This document shows positions 19,288-27,000 of a stretch of 46,402 nt of DNA, one piece after another (position 1 is the first letter of the stretch; each line of letters begins with the position of its first letter). This stretch comes from a virus. Lineage: Duplodnaviria > Caudoviricetes. The translations under genes were made by a program, and so were the position numbers. A model generated the notes under the pieces. It did no database searches. It saw only the letters and a list, made by a program, of their open reading frames with translations, and had not been told where the DNA came from. The stretch is taken from IMG/VR virus record IMGVR_UViG_3300033487_000013, positions 1-46,402 of that record. One strand, 5' to 3'.

Positions 19288-19829
19288 TATTCTTTACTCC
19301 TTATATAATCTTCTACTTCAAGTACATTATCTACAAAATTATAATTCAAATAATTATGATCATTATACGGTTGACGAATAAGAATAGTATCTGTATAAGG
19401 GACTATTCTATCTAATATATCTGTCCTATCATCTATATATAACTCTATTTCATTTTTTATAATGTGCAGTTCTTTGTCAAATCCTTCGATGGTAATTAAA
19501 TTTTCTGTAAAAGGAAGTTTATTTTTCTCCATCCAATTTTCTGTAGTATACCATACATTCTTTGGCCTAGAAGTAATATAAAATAATGCATATTTTTCTG
19601 CTAATCTATTTAACATTGATAAGATATCTAAATTAATATTCCTCTTTACATAAAAATCTGGTTGAGATGCTAAAGCTTTCATCTCTTCTTCTGTTGTATA
19701 AGTTCTAAAGTTAGCCCAATACTCTTGATAACTTAATCCATTTATTCTCCTTGCACCTTTTAAATATTCATAAATTACTTCATGCCAACTGTACAGTACC
19801 CCGTCTAAATCCCATCCAATATTTTTCAT
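19287..19829 (-). CDS. HAD-family 5'(3')-deoxyribonucleotidase
   Basis: DLDGVL, ITSR, K, IDDR, PYN. Confidence 0.82.
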   Translation of the reverse strand: MKNIGWDLDGVLYSWHEVIYEYLKGARRINGLSYQEYWANFRTYTTEEEMKALASQPDFYVKRNINLDILSMLNRLAEKYALFYITSRPKNVWYTTENWMEKNKLPFTENLITIEGFDKELHIIKNEIELYIDDRTDILDRIVPYTDTILIRQPYNDHNYLNYNFVDNVLEVEDYIRSKE

Positions 19830-20035
19830 TTGTTCTCCTTTTTCTTTTCAAACCATATTTTATTAATTAAATTTCCATCTCTCCATTCAGTTGAGTAACA
19901 CATAATAATTTTATCTGGTGGAAGATCTGTTAACTTTGCAAATGCACATGCAAACTCCTCAATGTGTGACATTATATTTTTTGCTATCTCATTCGTAAAG
20001 ATATTCAGATCTGAAGAGTAATTGTTTAAACTCAT
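19826..20035 (-). CDS. Hypothetical protein
   Basis: ORF overlapping both neighbours. Confidence 0.45.
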   Translation of the reverse strand: MSLNNYSSDLNIFTNEIAKNIMSHIEEFACAFAKLTDLPPDKIIMCYSTEWRDGNLINKIWFEKKKENK

Positions 20036-20855
20036 CTAAGCTGTTCCCTTCTCTAAAAAAGTCTACTGTATCATATTTCTCTGGATAATTAGTAAATCGG
20101 CAAATCCGTGTTCTAAAAATTCCTAGACTCTTTGCTACTAACTCAGCGGCCTTCTCTCCTGCCTCATCATGATCGGCTATATAATAGATTTCCTTTTGAT
20201 TAGTAAAGTATCTTATCCAGCCTTTATCCCATCCTAAATTTCCACTGGTATGACTCATAGCAGGAAATCCTAATTGATTTAAAAGAATGGCGTCTACTGG
20301 GCCTTCTGTAATTAATACTGTAGTAGTTAGCTGTAGTATAGAACTGTTGAATAAAAGTCCTCCTACCCCTGTATACCAAGGTCTGATAGTTTTAGGTTCA
20401 TCCTTTCTGCATTGAAAATTTCTAAACGCTCCATCCATAAAGATAGGGATTACATTCCAGTCATCTAAATATCCTAATAAGAATCTATCTATTGTAGTAT
20501 CAGTCAGACATCTTTTATACCAGTATTCTCTATTGTTTTGTCCATTTTCCCAAGCTATCTTAACTAGTTCTGGATAGACGGAAAACAATTCTTCTTCCGG
20601 TCTAATAAATAATCTATCTGATATACCTTGATTAATGGGTATAACTCCATTGTCTAGAGTTTTCATAGCCTCTTGAGCAGAAAGTAACTTTACTTTAGTG
20701 AGCCAGTCATATGCATTCCCATATAAATTTTTGCTATTCCAGAAAAATAGATCTCTTTCTCTATCAATGACAAGAGAATTATGCTCCTCTGTTCTGCCCC
20801 ACCTACCAGAACCAATTACTCTATAGTCTTGAGAGATAAGTTCTTCTATAGTCAT
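19989..20855 (-). CDS. DNA primase (TOPRIM)
   Basis: ITEGPVDA, DHDEAG, KYD..D. Confidence 0.85.
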   Translation of the reverse strand: MTIEELISQDYRVIGSGRWGRTEEHNSLVIDRERDLFFWNSKNLYGNAYDWLTKVKLLSAQEAMKTLDNGVIPINQGISDRLFIRPEEELFSVYPELVKIAWENGQNNREYWYKRCLTDTTIDRFLLGYLDDWNVIPIFMDGAFRNFQCRKDEPKTIRPWYTGVGGLLFNSSILQLTTTVLITEGPVDAILLNQLGFPAMSHTSGNLGWDKGWIRYFTNQKEIYYIADHDEAGEKAAELVAKSLGIFRTRICRFTNYPEKYDTVDFFREGNSLDEFKQLLFRSEYLYE

Positions 20856-21040
20856 TATGAAATCTCTTTCAATGTATCATGTACTTCATGAATTTCTACT
20901 TCAATAATTGTATCTAAATCTCCTGATTCCCAAAGATTCCAAAGTTCATTTTCTAAATCTTCTTTACTTTTGTAGAACTTATCCGAAATATAATACACAG
21001 GATTCAATTCATAGTCAATTAGGATGTAGATCTTTTTCAT
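20855..21040 (-). CDS. Hypothetical protein
   Basis: AAGGAG RBS. Confidence 0.55.
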   Translation of the reverse strand: MKKIYILIDYELNPVYYISDKFYKSKEDLENELWNLWESGDLDTIIEVEIHEVHDTLKEIS

Positions 21041-21049
21041 GTCAACTCC

Positions 21050-21244
21050 TTATGGAAAGAATGAAAATAAAGAAACCGCTCCGATAAATAATAACATTAT
21101 AATTCCAGCTAAGAGAAATAGATTTCCAGTTTTACCTGTATTTGGATTTCCTGTTACACTACATTCAATTAATTTACTAACGCCTATAAGACCACAAGCA
21201 ACTCCTAGAAATATTCCAATAACTAATAAAGAATAAATAAACAT
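21050..21244 (-). CDS. Small two-TM membrane protein
   Basis: Start moved to MFIYS, after AAAGGAGGAATAAA; the longer track ORF runs into the tRNA. Confidence 0.6.
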   Translation of the reverse strand: MFIYSLLVIGIFLGVACGLIGVSKLIECSVTGNPNTGKTGNLFLLAGIIMLLFIGAVSLFSFFP

Positions 21245-21273
21245 TTTATTCCTCCTTTCATAATCTTTACCTG

Positions 21274-21349
21274 CACCTTCGGAGAGACTCGAACTCTCAT
21301 GATCCAATTACCCTTTCTTCACGTTAGAACCGTGAGGGGATACGAAGGT
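21274..21349 (-). tRNA. Non-canonical tRNA-Arg(UCU)-like RNA lacking a conventional D-arm
   Basis: Acceptor ACCTTCG/CGAAGGT plus discriminator G; anticodon arm TCACG-GTTCTAA-CGTGA; T-arm GAGAG-TTCGAGT-CTCTC; 7-nt linker instead of a D-arm; 20-nt variable region; no encoded CCA. Confidence 0.8.
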
Positions 21350-21364
21350 ATGCGACAAGTATTT

Positions 21365-21466
21365 TCATGGGTTTCTCTTCAACATCAATGCCACTTGTGC
21401 CAAGATCAATCCAGCCGCTATCAATAGTAGTCCTACAATTACCATCGTTGCAGATTCAGGGATCAT
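21365..21466 (-). CDS. 33-aa single-TM peptide (not in ORF track)
   Basis: [33 protein letters not shown]; ATGA overlap with the LPXTG gene; GGAGGGAG upstream. Confidence 0.5.
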   Translation of the reverse strand: MIPESATMVIVGLLLIAAGLILAQVALMLKRNP

Positions 21467-21957
21467 CTCTCCCTCCATACGTATCTGTATACATTAAGTA
21501 CAAGAATAATTGCCAAACACACCAATGCACCAGTAAAAAGCAACCTGAGATCATCGTCTATGCCCGTCTGTGGCAACATCGGTATCGGCGTGGGCTTAGA
21601 TGGCTTATCCTGCGTTGCCGTTATTGTGGGCGTGTAGGTTGCAGGGGTAGGTGTCAGCGTCTGCTCAGGTACAGTCGCCGTCATAGTTGGGGTATCCGGT
21701 GGTGGCGTTTCTCCTGGCGTATCGCTTGGCTGTGGTGTATCCGTAATCTGCGGTGTGTCTGTCAGTTGTGGTGTATCCGTAGGGACTGGTGTATCAGTCG
21801 GAAAAGGTGTATCTGTAAGGAACGGTGTTTCCGTAGGCGGCAATGGAGTTTCACTTGGCTGTGGTGTGTCCGTTGGTGGGCATACTACTTCCGCCTTTGC
21901 TATACCAACCCATATCCCTGCAATTGCCAAGACGATAACGATTATAAACAGTCTCAT
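21463..21957 (-). CDS. Secreted Pro/Thr-repeat surface protein with LPXTG sorting signal
   Basis: Signal peptide ending AKA; TDTP/ETP repeats; LPQTG, then a hydrophobic TM, then RYVWRER. Confidence 0.88.
   Translation of the reverse strand: MRLFIIVIVLAIAGIWVGIAKAEVVCPPTDTPQPSETPLPPTETPFLTDTPFPTDTPVPTDTPQLTDTPQITDTPQPSDTPGETPPPDTPTMTATVPEQTLTPTPATYTPTITATQDKPSKPTPIPMLPQTGIDDDLRLLFTGALVCLAIILVLNVYRYVWRER
21690..21880 (-). repeat. Imperfect 18-bp tandem repeat encoding (P/L/I)-T-D-T-P-x
   Basis: Repeated GGTGTATC/GGTGTGTC cores on the + strand; about 9-10 peptide units; boundaries approximate. Confidence 0.75.
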
Positions 21958-22181
21958 GTCTTATCTCCTAATACTGAATCTAGAATTGCTCTTACTACTT
22001 CTTCTACTAATTCAAAAATAAATATAAGCATAATAAGTATTATCGGTAAGGGCCATAGAATTGAAAATCCAAGCCATGCAAAAATATTTTTTATATCAAG
22101 ACTATCAGCTAAATAACTCCCAATAAAAAGATAGATTACAATTATACCTATAACTAATCCTAATAAAAGATCTTCATTCAT
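21954..22181 (-). CDS. Small membrane protein
   Basis: Two hydrophobic segments, LWP motif. Confidence 0.55.
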   Translation of the reverse strand: MNEDLLLGLVIGIIVIYLFIGSYLADSLDIKNIFAWLGFSILWPLPIILIMLIFIFELVEEVVRAILDSVLGDKT

Positions 22182-22395
22182 ATTCTAATTCCCATAGTTT
22201 TTCTTTAGCCTGTCTATTTTTATTAATTATTTTGGTTCTTCTCTTTTGCTGAATGCGTTGGATATTCTTTACAGAATCTCCATCTCTTTTCATTCCATTA
22301 ATTTTCTTATATCTTTTTTTATCTCTGCGTAAAGCCTTAGTAATTTTACTCATAGTTTTTAAAAAAGGGAATGTCTCTATCATCCAGATAGGCAT
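22174..22395 (-). CDS. Small basic protein
   Basis: K/R-rich; true start may be MSKITK. Confidence 0.5.
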   Translation of the reverse strand: MPIWMIETFPFLKTMSKITKALRRDKKRYKKINGMKRDGDSVKNIQRIQQKRRTKIINKNRQAKEKLWELEYE

Positions 22396-22555
22396 CTAAA
22401 TTTGAATCTGATTTTCTATCCACTTTAATATAACCTTTACCAAGTTCTAATATAAACCACTGATCACAGAAATCACAATATATATACGCTCTTCCGTTTA
22501 TATGTTTCTTTTTTGAACAACCATTACAAATTGGACATTTTCTGGACATAATCAT
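22346..22555 (-). CDS. Small zinc-ribbon protein
   Basis: CPIC...CDFC. Confidence 0.55.
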   Translation of the reverse strand: MIMSRKCPICNGCSKKKHINGRAYIYCDFCDQWFILELGKGYIKVDRKSDSNLDAYLDDRDIPFFKNYE

Positions 22556-22793
22556 CGTCTTCCTTAGTTAAAGTTACTGTTCTAAAAAACATATCTAATT
22601 CTACATCTACTATTTCTTTTCTAAATTTGTCACAAATTCTTTCTAAAGCCTCATCATAGTCTATGTCTGAATCTACATCCTCTTTAATTACAATCAAATC
22701 ATCTATAGCATGTTCATATGTAAGGTCATCAAATATAAAATTATCAAACATCCAGTTGCCAACATAATCTTCTTCTGAAAATAGATCTTCCAT
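22524..22793 (-). CDS. Acidic hypothetical protein
   Basis: Start moved to MEDLF, after AAAGGAG. Confidence 0.6.
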   Translation of the reverse strand: MEDLFSEEDYVGNWMFDNFIFDDLTYEHAIDDLIVIKEDVDSDIDYDEALERICDKFRKEIVDVELDMFFRTVTLTKEDDDYVQKMSNL

Positions 22794-22820
22794 ATCTAGC
22801 TCCTTTCTTGAGTTACTCCT

Positions 22821-22829
22821 ATTATAGCA
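22821..22829 (-). promoter_or_regulatory. Extended -10 promoter element
   Basis: TGCTATAAT in the intergenic gap upstream of 22793. Confidence 0.55.
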
Positions 22830-22859
22830 CATAAATCCTGTAGTGAGATTAATAGATCC

Positions 22860-23819
22860 TTAGAAACTTTTCTTGATACTTCCACTTCCAGCCTCAATAA
22901 ATCTTGCTCTCTGTCTGAGTTCATTCAAATTTCTAGCTCCGACATAGGTACATGCTGATTTGATCCCATAAGAAAATTCAGAAATAAAATCTTCCAGCGA
23001 TTGAGTTTTCTCTGTAGTCTTTTCCATTCCTTCTACGGATTTTACACTTTGATAATATTCTTCTTGAAGCTTTCTGGATGCCATCCCATAGATAAGTCCG
23101 TTGTTAGAAGATTCGAAAGTTGTTGCCAAGAGACTTCCTAACATAACTAAGTCTGCCCCCGCTACAAAAGCTTTAACTGCATCTCCAGAATTCCTGATAC
23201 CTCCATCAGCTACTGTAAATATATACTCACTACAATCCTGTATAGCAGTAATTTGTGGTATTCCAACTCCGGTTATATTTCTAGTAGTACACAACTGACC
23301 AGAACCAATTCCAACTCTAATCAAATCTACTCCCGCTTCCTGTAAATTTTTTGCTCCTATTGCTGTAGCTACGTTCCCTGCCATAAGTAAACACTGGGAA
23401 TTTTTAATTGTAATAAGTGCTTTTACTGACTCACAAAAATTTAATACATCGTGGGTATATCCATTAGCTACATCAATACAAATTATTTTAGCTCCTGCAT
23501 CTAGAATAGCTCCTCTACTTGGAGAACCTAATCCTATAGACGCTCCCCAATTCTCTGTTTTATCTTTAACTTCATAGATATCTTTAAACAATTCTATTGC
23601 ATCTTGATAAAATCTATGTAAGATTCCAATTCCTCCTAAATTACCTAAAGCAATTATAAGTTCTGGACTTACAATTCCTTTCATTGGAGATGCTATAACT
23701 GGAATCTTTAAAGTTAAATCATCACTTAGCTTTACTGAAAGGTCTACATCATCCCTAGAATTTACAGTAGATGGCTGAGGCTCGATCAAAACATCGTCAA
23801 AGTCCAATCCTTTTAACAT
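22860..23819 (-). CDS. IMP dehydrogenase / GMP reductase family protein (no CBS domains)
   Basis: Start MLKGLDFDDVLI; SPM, GGIGILHR, IDVANG, AGNVAT, GIGSGQLCTTR, ADGGIR..GD..KA, YGMAS. Confidence 0.92.
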   Translation of the reverse strand: MLKGLDFDDVLIEPQPSTVNSRDDVDLSVKLSDDLTLKIPVIASPMKGIVSPELIIALGNLGGIGILHRFYQDAIELFKDIYEVKDKTENWGASIGLGSPSRGAILDAGAKIICIDVANGYTHDVLNFCESVKALITIKNSQCLLMAGNVATAIGAKNLQEAGVDLIRVGIGSGQLCTTRNITGVGIPQITAIQDCSEYIFTVADGGIRNSGDAVKAFVAGADLVMLGSLLATTFESSNNGLIYGMASRKLQEEYYQSVKSVEGMEKTTEKTQSLEDFISEFSYGIKSACTYVGARNLNELRQRARFIEAGSGSIKKSF

Positions 23820-24271
23820 TATTTCATTTCCTTTCCTATATTTTTTATTGGCAGAGCAATAACAAACCTTACTCCCCAAGATTTTTTCCCATTCTTTTCT
23901 ATACAAGTTTGTAAGATTAAATTATCCCTGTATAAATTTTGAACAGTGTAATATATTTTGAATATATTAAATTCATTATATCTTGTCCCGTCTTTCAGAT
24001 CTATAAATATATCGAATCCATTCTTTATAACTCTTTGATATTCATCTATGTGATAAACATAATAAAGATATGTACTTCCATCTTCAAAGCCTATAGTTAC
24101 TTTATCTCCTTCTTCTAAAGATAAAACCTCTGGATTATTATGAACCAACAACCCTATAGTGCTTGCTAAACCAAACTGAGTAAAATATGTATCGTCCACG
24201 TATGAATAATTTCCTTTCGGTTGTTGAACTACAGTTATTAAAATAGTTATAAAGATGAATATAATTCTCAT
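23819..24271 (-). CDS. Sortase-like protein
   Basis: N-terminal hydrophobic anchor; GLLVHN (His), L..GD.V.I...DG..Y.Y.V, LILQTC (Cys), SWGVRFVIA (Arg). Confidence 0.78.
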   Translation of the reverse strand: MRIIFIFITILITVVQQPKGNYSYVDDTYFTQFGLASTIGLLVHNNPEVLSLEEGDKVTIGFEDGSTYLYYVYHIDEYQRVIKNGFDIFIDLKDGTRYNEFNIFKIYYTVQNLYRDNLILQTCIEKNGKKSWGVRFVIALPIKNIGKEMK

Positions 24272-24282
24272 AAGTTTGGGTC

Positions 24283-24308
24283 GGTGGAGGGATATTAATC
24301 CCTCCACC
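24283..24308. promoter_or_regulatory. Strong intergenic hairpin without U-tract
   Basis: GGTGGAGGGAT-ATTA-ATCCCTCCACC (11-bp stem). Confidence 0.55.
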
Positions 24309-24319
24309 CTAATTAAATA

Positions 24320-24640
24320 TTACTTTTTTAATTCTGCTCTATATTCCTTCAAGGGTTTCAAAGCGCCAGCATAACCTAACAAAGCGGCTAATGAAGCAAT
24401 CAAAACCATAGCAACGTTTCTAGCCCATCCAGTCCAGTCTGTAGGCATTACATAACCTTCAAAACCAACTAAAGCCATTACAGGAATAAGTAAGATACTA
24501 AGAACAGGAATCCCAACCTCATAAAATCCAGCAGGAAAATCATAAGTAGGGTTCTTTAAAACAAACTTTCTAAGTAACAACTTAATCCCTTCCAATAACA
24601 ACATGGCTACAGCCCCCGCTGATACACTAGTCTCAAACAT
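24320..24640 (-). CDS. Three-TM membrane protein (holin-like)
   Basis: 106 aa, three hydrophobic segments, charged C-terminus; AAGGAGG RBS. Confidence 0.55.
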   Translation of the reverse strand: MFETSVSAGAVAMLLLEGIKLLLRKFVLKNPTYDFPAGFYEVGIPVLSILLIPVMALVGFEGYVMPTDWTGWARNVAMVLIASLAALLGYAGALKPLKEYRAELKK

Positions 24641-24641
24641 T

Positions 24642-25292
24642 TCATTCCTCCTTTATTCCTAAATAGTTTTTAATAGTTTCTACTCCTTTGGATGTAAATT
24701 CTCCAAAAGAAGTATCTAAATTATTTTCCAATTCAATTTCAAAATCCTGATAATTATCTAAAGAAGTTTCACTTATATCAAAATATTCTTTTGATCCTTT
24801 TAAACTTTCTCTTTCTGGTGCTTTTATTTTAATTCTAATAACTTTAAATTCTTCTGGAAATCTAACAAAATAATGGGCTTCATTTGGAAATCTCCAATCA
24901 TCAATAATTATAAAGTCCGGAGGTAAATCTCCAGTAGATGAGAAAACCCTGTCCATCAATTCTCCTGCCCAAAAATTTAGATCTACTTCCCTTCCTAAAT
25001 TTCCTATATCTTGTAACAATTTTCTGCCTTTTTTATCCTTAGCTCCGTTCCAATGAAAACATTCTTTAGCAATTAATTTAACTCCAGTTGCAAAAGACTC
25101 GCCAACAACAAGTGGAGATTTAGTTTTTAAATATTCATATAAAGCTAAGGCTAAAGTTGTTTTTCCTACTCCAGCTTTTCCGGAAATCAGGACAATATTA
25201 ATAACTTTATTAGGCCAAAGAACATTTTCCCAATCTTCTTCTAAGGCTTCCATAAAATCTGTTACTGGAATATCGGTTCTTAATTTTAACAT
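24642..25292 (-). CDS. Deoxynucleoside monophosphate kinase
   Basis: SGKAGVGKTT, SFA..VK, RKLLQDIG, DDWRFPNE, SET.LD. Confidence 0.85.
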   Translation of the reverse strand: MLKLRTDIPVTDFMEALEEDWENVLWPNKVINIVLISGKAGVGKTTLALALYEYLKTKSPLVVGESFATGVKLIAKECFHWNGAKDKKGRKLLQDIGNLGREVDLNFWAGELMDRVFSSTGDLPPDFIIIDDWRFPNEAHYFVRFPEEFKVIRIKIKAPERESLKGSKEYFDISETSLDNYQDFEIELENNLDTSFGEFTSKGVETIKNYLGIKEE

Positions 25293-25294
25293 TC

Positions 25295-25507
25295 TTACTC
25301 CTTTAATTCTGATATAATTCCTTCTAATGCTTTAATGCTTAAACAATTAGTCTTAACTAAATATTTAATTAGGGCTGTAAAATTAGGAATACTTATGATT
25401 ATAGAATCCCTTGTCGATAAAAAATATCTACTTCCCGGCACTAATTTAATAACTAATACATTTAGATTTGGTATTTTAGATATAGTTATTTTATTATTCT
25501 GCTCCAT
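25295..25507 (-). CDS. Hypothetical protein
   Basis: AAGGAG RBS. Confidence 0.55.
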   Translation of the reverse strand: MEQNNKITISKIPNLNVLVIKLVPGSRYFLSTRDSIIISIPNFTALIKYLVKTNCLSIKALEGIISELKE

Positions 25508-25536
25508 TATTTCTCCTTAAGTATTCCTGAAGTAGT

Positions 25537-25815
25537 TTACATATAAACTGTTGTTTCTTTAGAAAACAAATCATGCTGTAAAGCATTAAGATACTGAGCA
25601 GTATCCAACCAAGATCTAGATAAAGCGGCTTCTACTTCTTTATCTACAGATACAAACTGAACTTGTTCTGTCTCCCAAGTATTTCCATCTAAAGAACGTT
25701 CTTGTTTAACAGCGTTTGTTATTTTCCAGTCTCCATCTTCTAATCTAAAAAGTGAAAGTTCTGTTGTAAATTTCCAATAAGCGTATGGGCTTTCATTAAA
25801 TTCTTTTGAATTCAT
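25537..25815 (-). CDS. Hypothetical protein
   Basis: AAGGAG RBS. Confidence 0.6.
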   Translation of the reverse strand: MNSKEFNESPYAYWKFTTELSLFRLEDGDWKITNAVKQERSLDGNTWETEQVQFVSVDKEVEAALSRSWLDTAQYLNALQHDLFSKETTVYM

Positions 25816-25826
25816 TCTTAACTCCT

Positions 25827-26531
25827 TTATATTGATTTCTTAATCCATTTTCTAGAAAACTCTAGTTTATCATGTAAAATTTCTAAGATTTCTACATCTC
25901 CAATATTGTGTGCCACCACTTCTTTTAGTGCTTTTGGATCTCCATATCTAGCTTTTCTCCATACTTCCCTTCTAAGAGGAGTCTTTCCGGAAATATTTAG
26001 AAAATCACATGCGGCATCTAAAGAATTTCTTGACAATTTTAGTTTAGATTTTACAGTATAGAATAAATCCCAATGGAAAAGATCACCATAGCTAGGAAAT
26101 TCTAATCCGTAATGTAAGGCTTTTGATCTCATAAAAGGCAAATCAAAATTAGTTGAATAGTACCCTATAATAATTCCGTAACTATTTAATTCATTGACAA
26201 AAGCTTCTACTACTCTCTTATCTTCTAAACCATTAAACAAATCTTCTTTAGTTATTACAAATGTTTTTGTTTCTCCTCCTTTTTCTTTTATTGCCCAAGA
26301 TAAAACTGCCGAAAAATCTGCATCAAATCCTGTAGTTTCTATATCAAAATACCCTATCTTATATCCCGGAAAATTATACCAAGGAAGTCCAGTAGCTTTT
26401 ATCCATTCTTTTTCATTAACTTCTTCTTTCAATAACCCTTTAACAAAACACTTTGGATGCTCTGATATAGTATGTCTGTGGATACATCGTAATTCTTTTT
26501 TAATCATAAGTCTCCTTTTAAATTCTTTCAT
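25827..26531 (-). CDS. DEDD 3'-5' exonuclease (RNase_H_2/YprB-like)
   Basis: FDIETTG, YY..NFDLPF, SLD, HN..DV. Confidence 0.85.
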   Translation of the reverse strand: MKEFKRRLMIKKELRCIHRHTISEHPKCFVKGLLKEEVNEKEWIKATGLPWYNFPGYKIGYFDIETTGFDADFSAVLSWAIKEKGGETKTFVITKEDLFNGLEDKRVVEAFVNELNSYGIIIGYYSTNFDLPFMRSKALHYGLEFPSYGDLFHWDLFYTVKSKLKLSRNSLDAACDFLNISGKTPLRREVWRKARYGDPKALKEVVAHNIGDVEILEILHDKLEFSRKWIKKSI

Positions 26532-27000
26532 TGTTTTCTATGATAGAAATTAGTTTTTCTACAGCGAAAGGAGGAAGATTATATTTTTCTGATATATAAT
26601 TTATATACCCTCCATCTGTAAATACTCCACCTAAAGAAAAGGCTATTCTGTCACAAACTGCTCTGAATATATTTTTGACTGTTCTTTGATCCATTCCTAA
26701 AGTTGTGCCAATTTCTTTATAAAACTTTCCTAAACTTAATTCATTAATGATATATAATTCTTTTTGGTCTATATCCCCTTTCTTCAAAAGATCGTCTAGT
26801 TTCTTTTCTATAGAAACTAGAAAATTATAATCATCTGTATTAGTTATTGGATCTATATACGCTATCTCAAAGTCTTCTGTTATAGGGACATCTCCATTAC
26901 CATCAGAAAATTCATCTGATAGTTCTATAGTCTTTATTTCTCCCTGTAAACTTTTAATCCCATGTCTATTTAATAATAGGGTTTGTACAATCCAACTCAT
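26518..27000 (-). CDS. HTH protein (sigma region 4/LuxR-like)
   Basis: G..YKEIG..LGM..RTVK. Confidence 0.6.
   Translation of the reverse strand: MSWIVQTLLLNRHGIKSLQGEIKTIELSDEFSDGNGDVPITEDFEIAYIDPITNTDDYNFLVSIEKKLDDLLKKGDIDQKELYIINELSLGKFYKEIGTTLGMDQRTVKNIFRAVCDRIAFSLGGVFTDGGYINYISEKYNLPPFAVEKLISIIENNERI

Noticed and set aside
21245-21307. N-terminal extension MDHESSS... of ORF 21050-21307
   Set aside because: Overlaps the tRNA-like gene; a strong RBS supports ATG 21244
21324-21330. Reading the tRNA loop as a CUA amber suppressor, implying stop-codon recoding
   Set aside because: In the 7-nt loop GTTCTAA the centred triplet is TCT; long genes are intact in the standard code and TAG is used as a stop
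21367-22116. 249-aa + strand ORF rich in Arg/Trp/Cys, and nested 21755-22021
   Set aside because: Antisense shadows of the GC-rich Pro/Thr repeat gene, which has a coherent signal peptide and sorting signal
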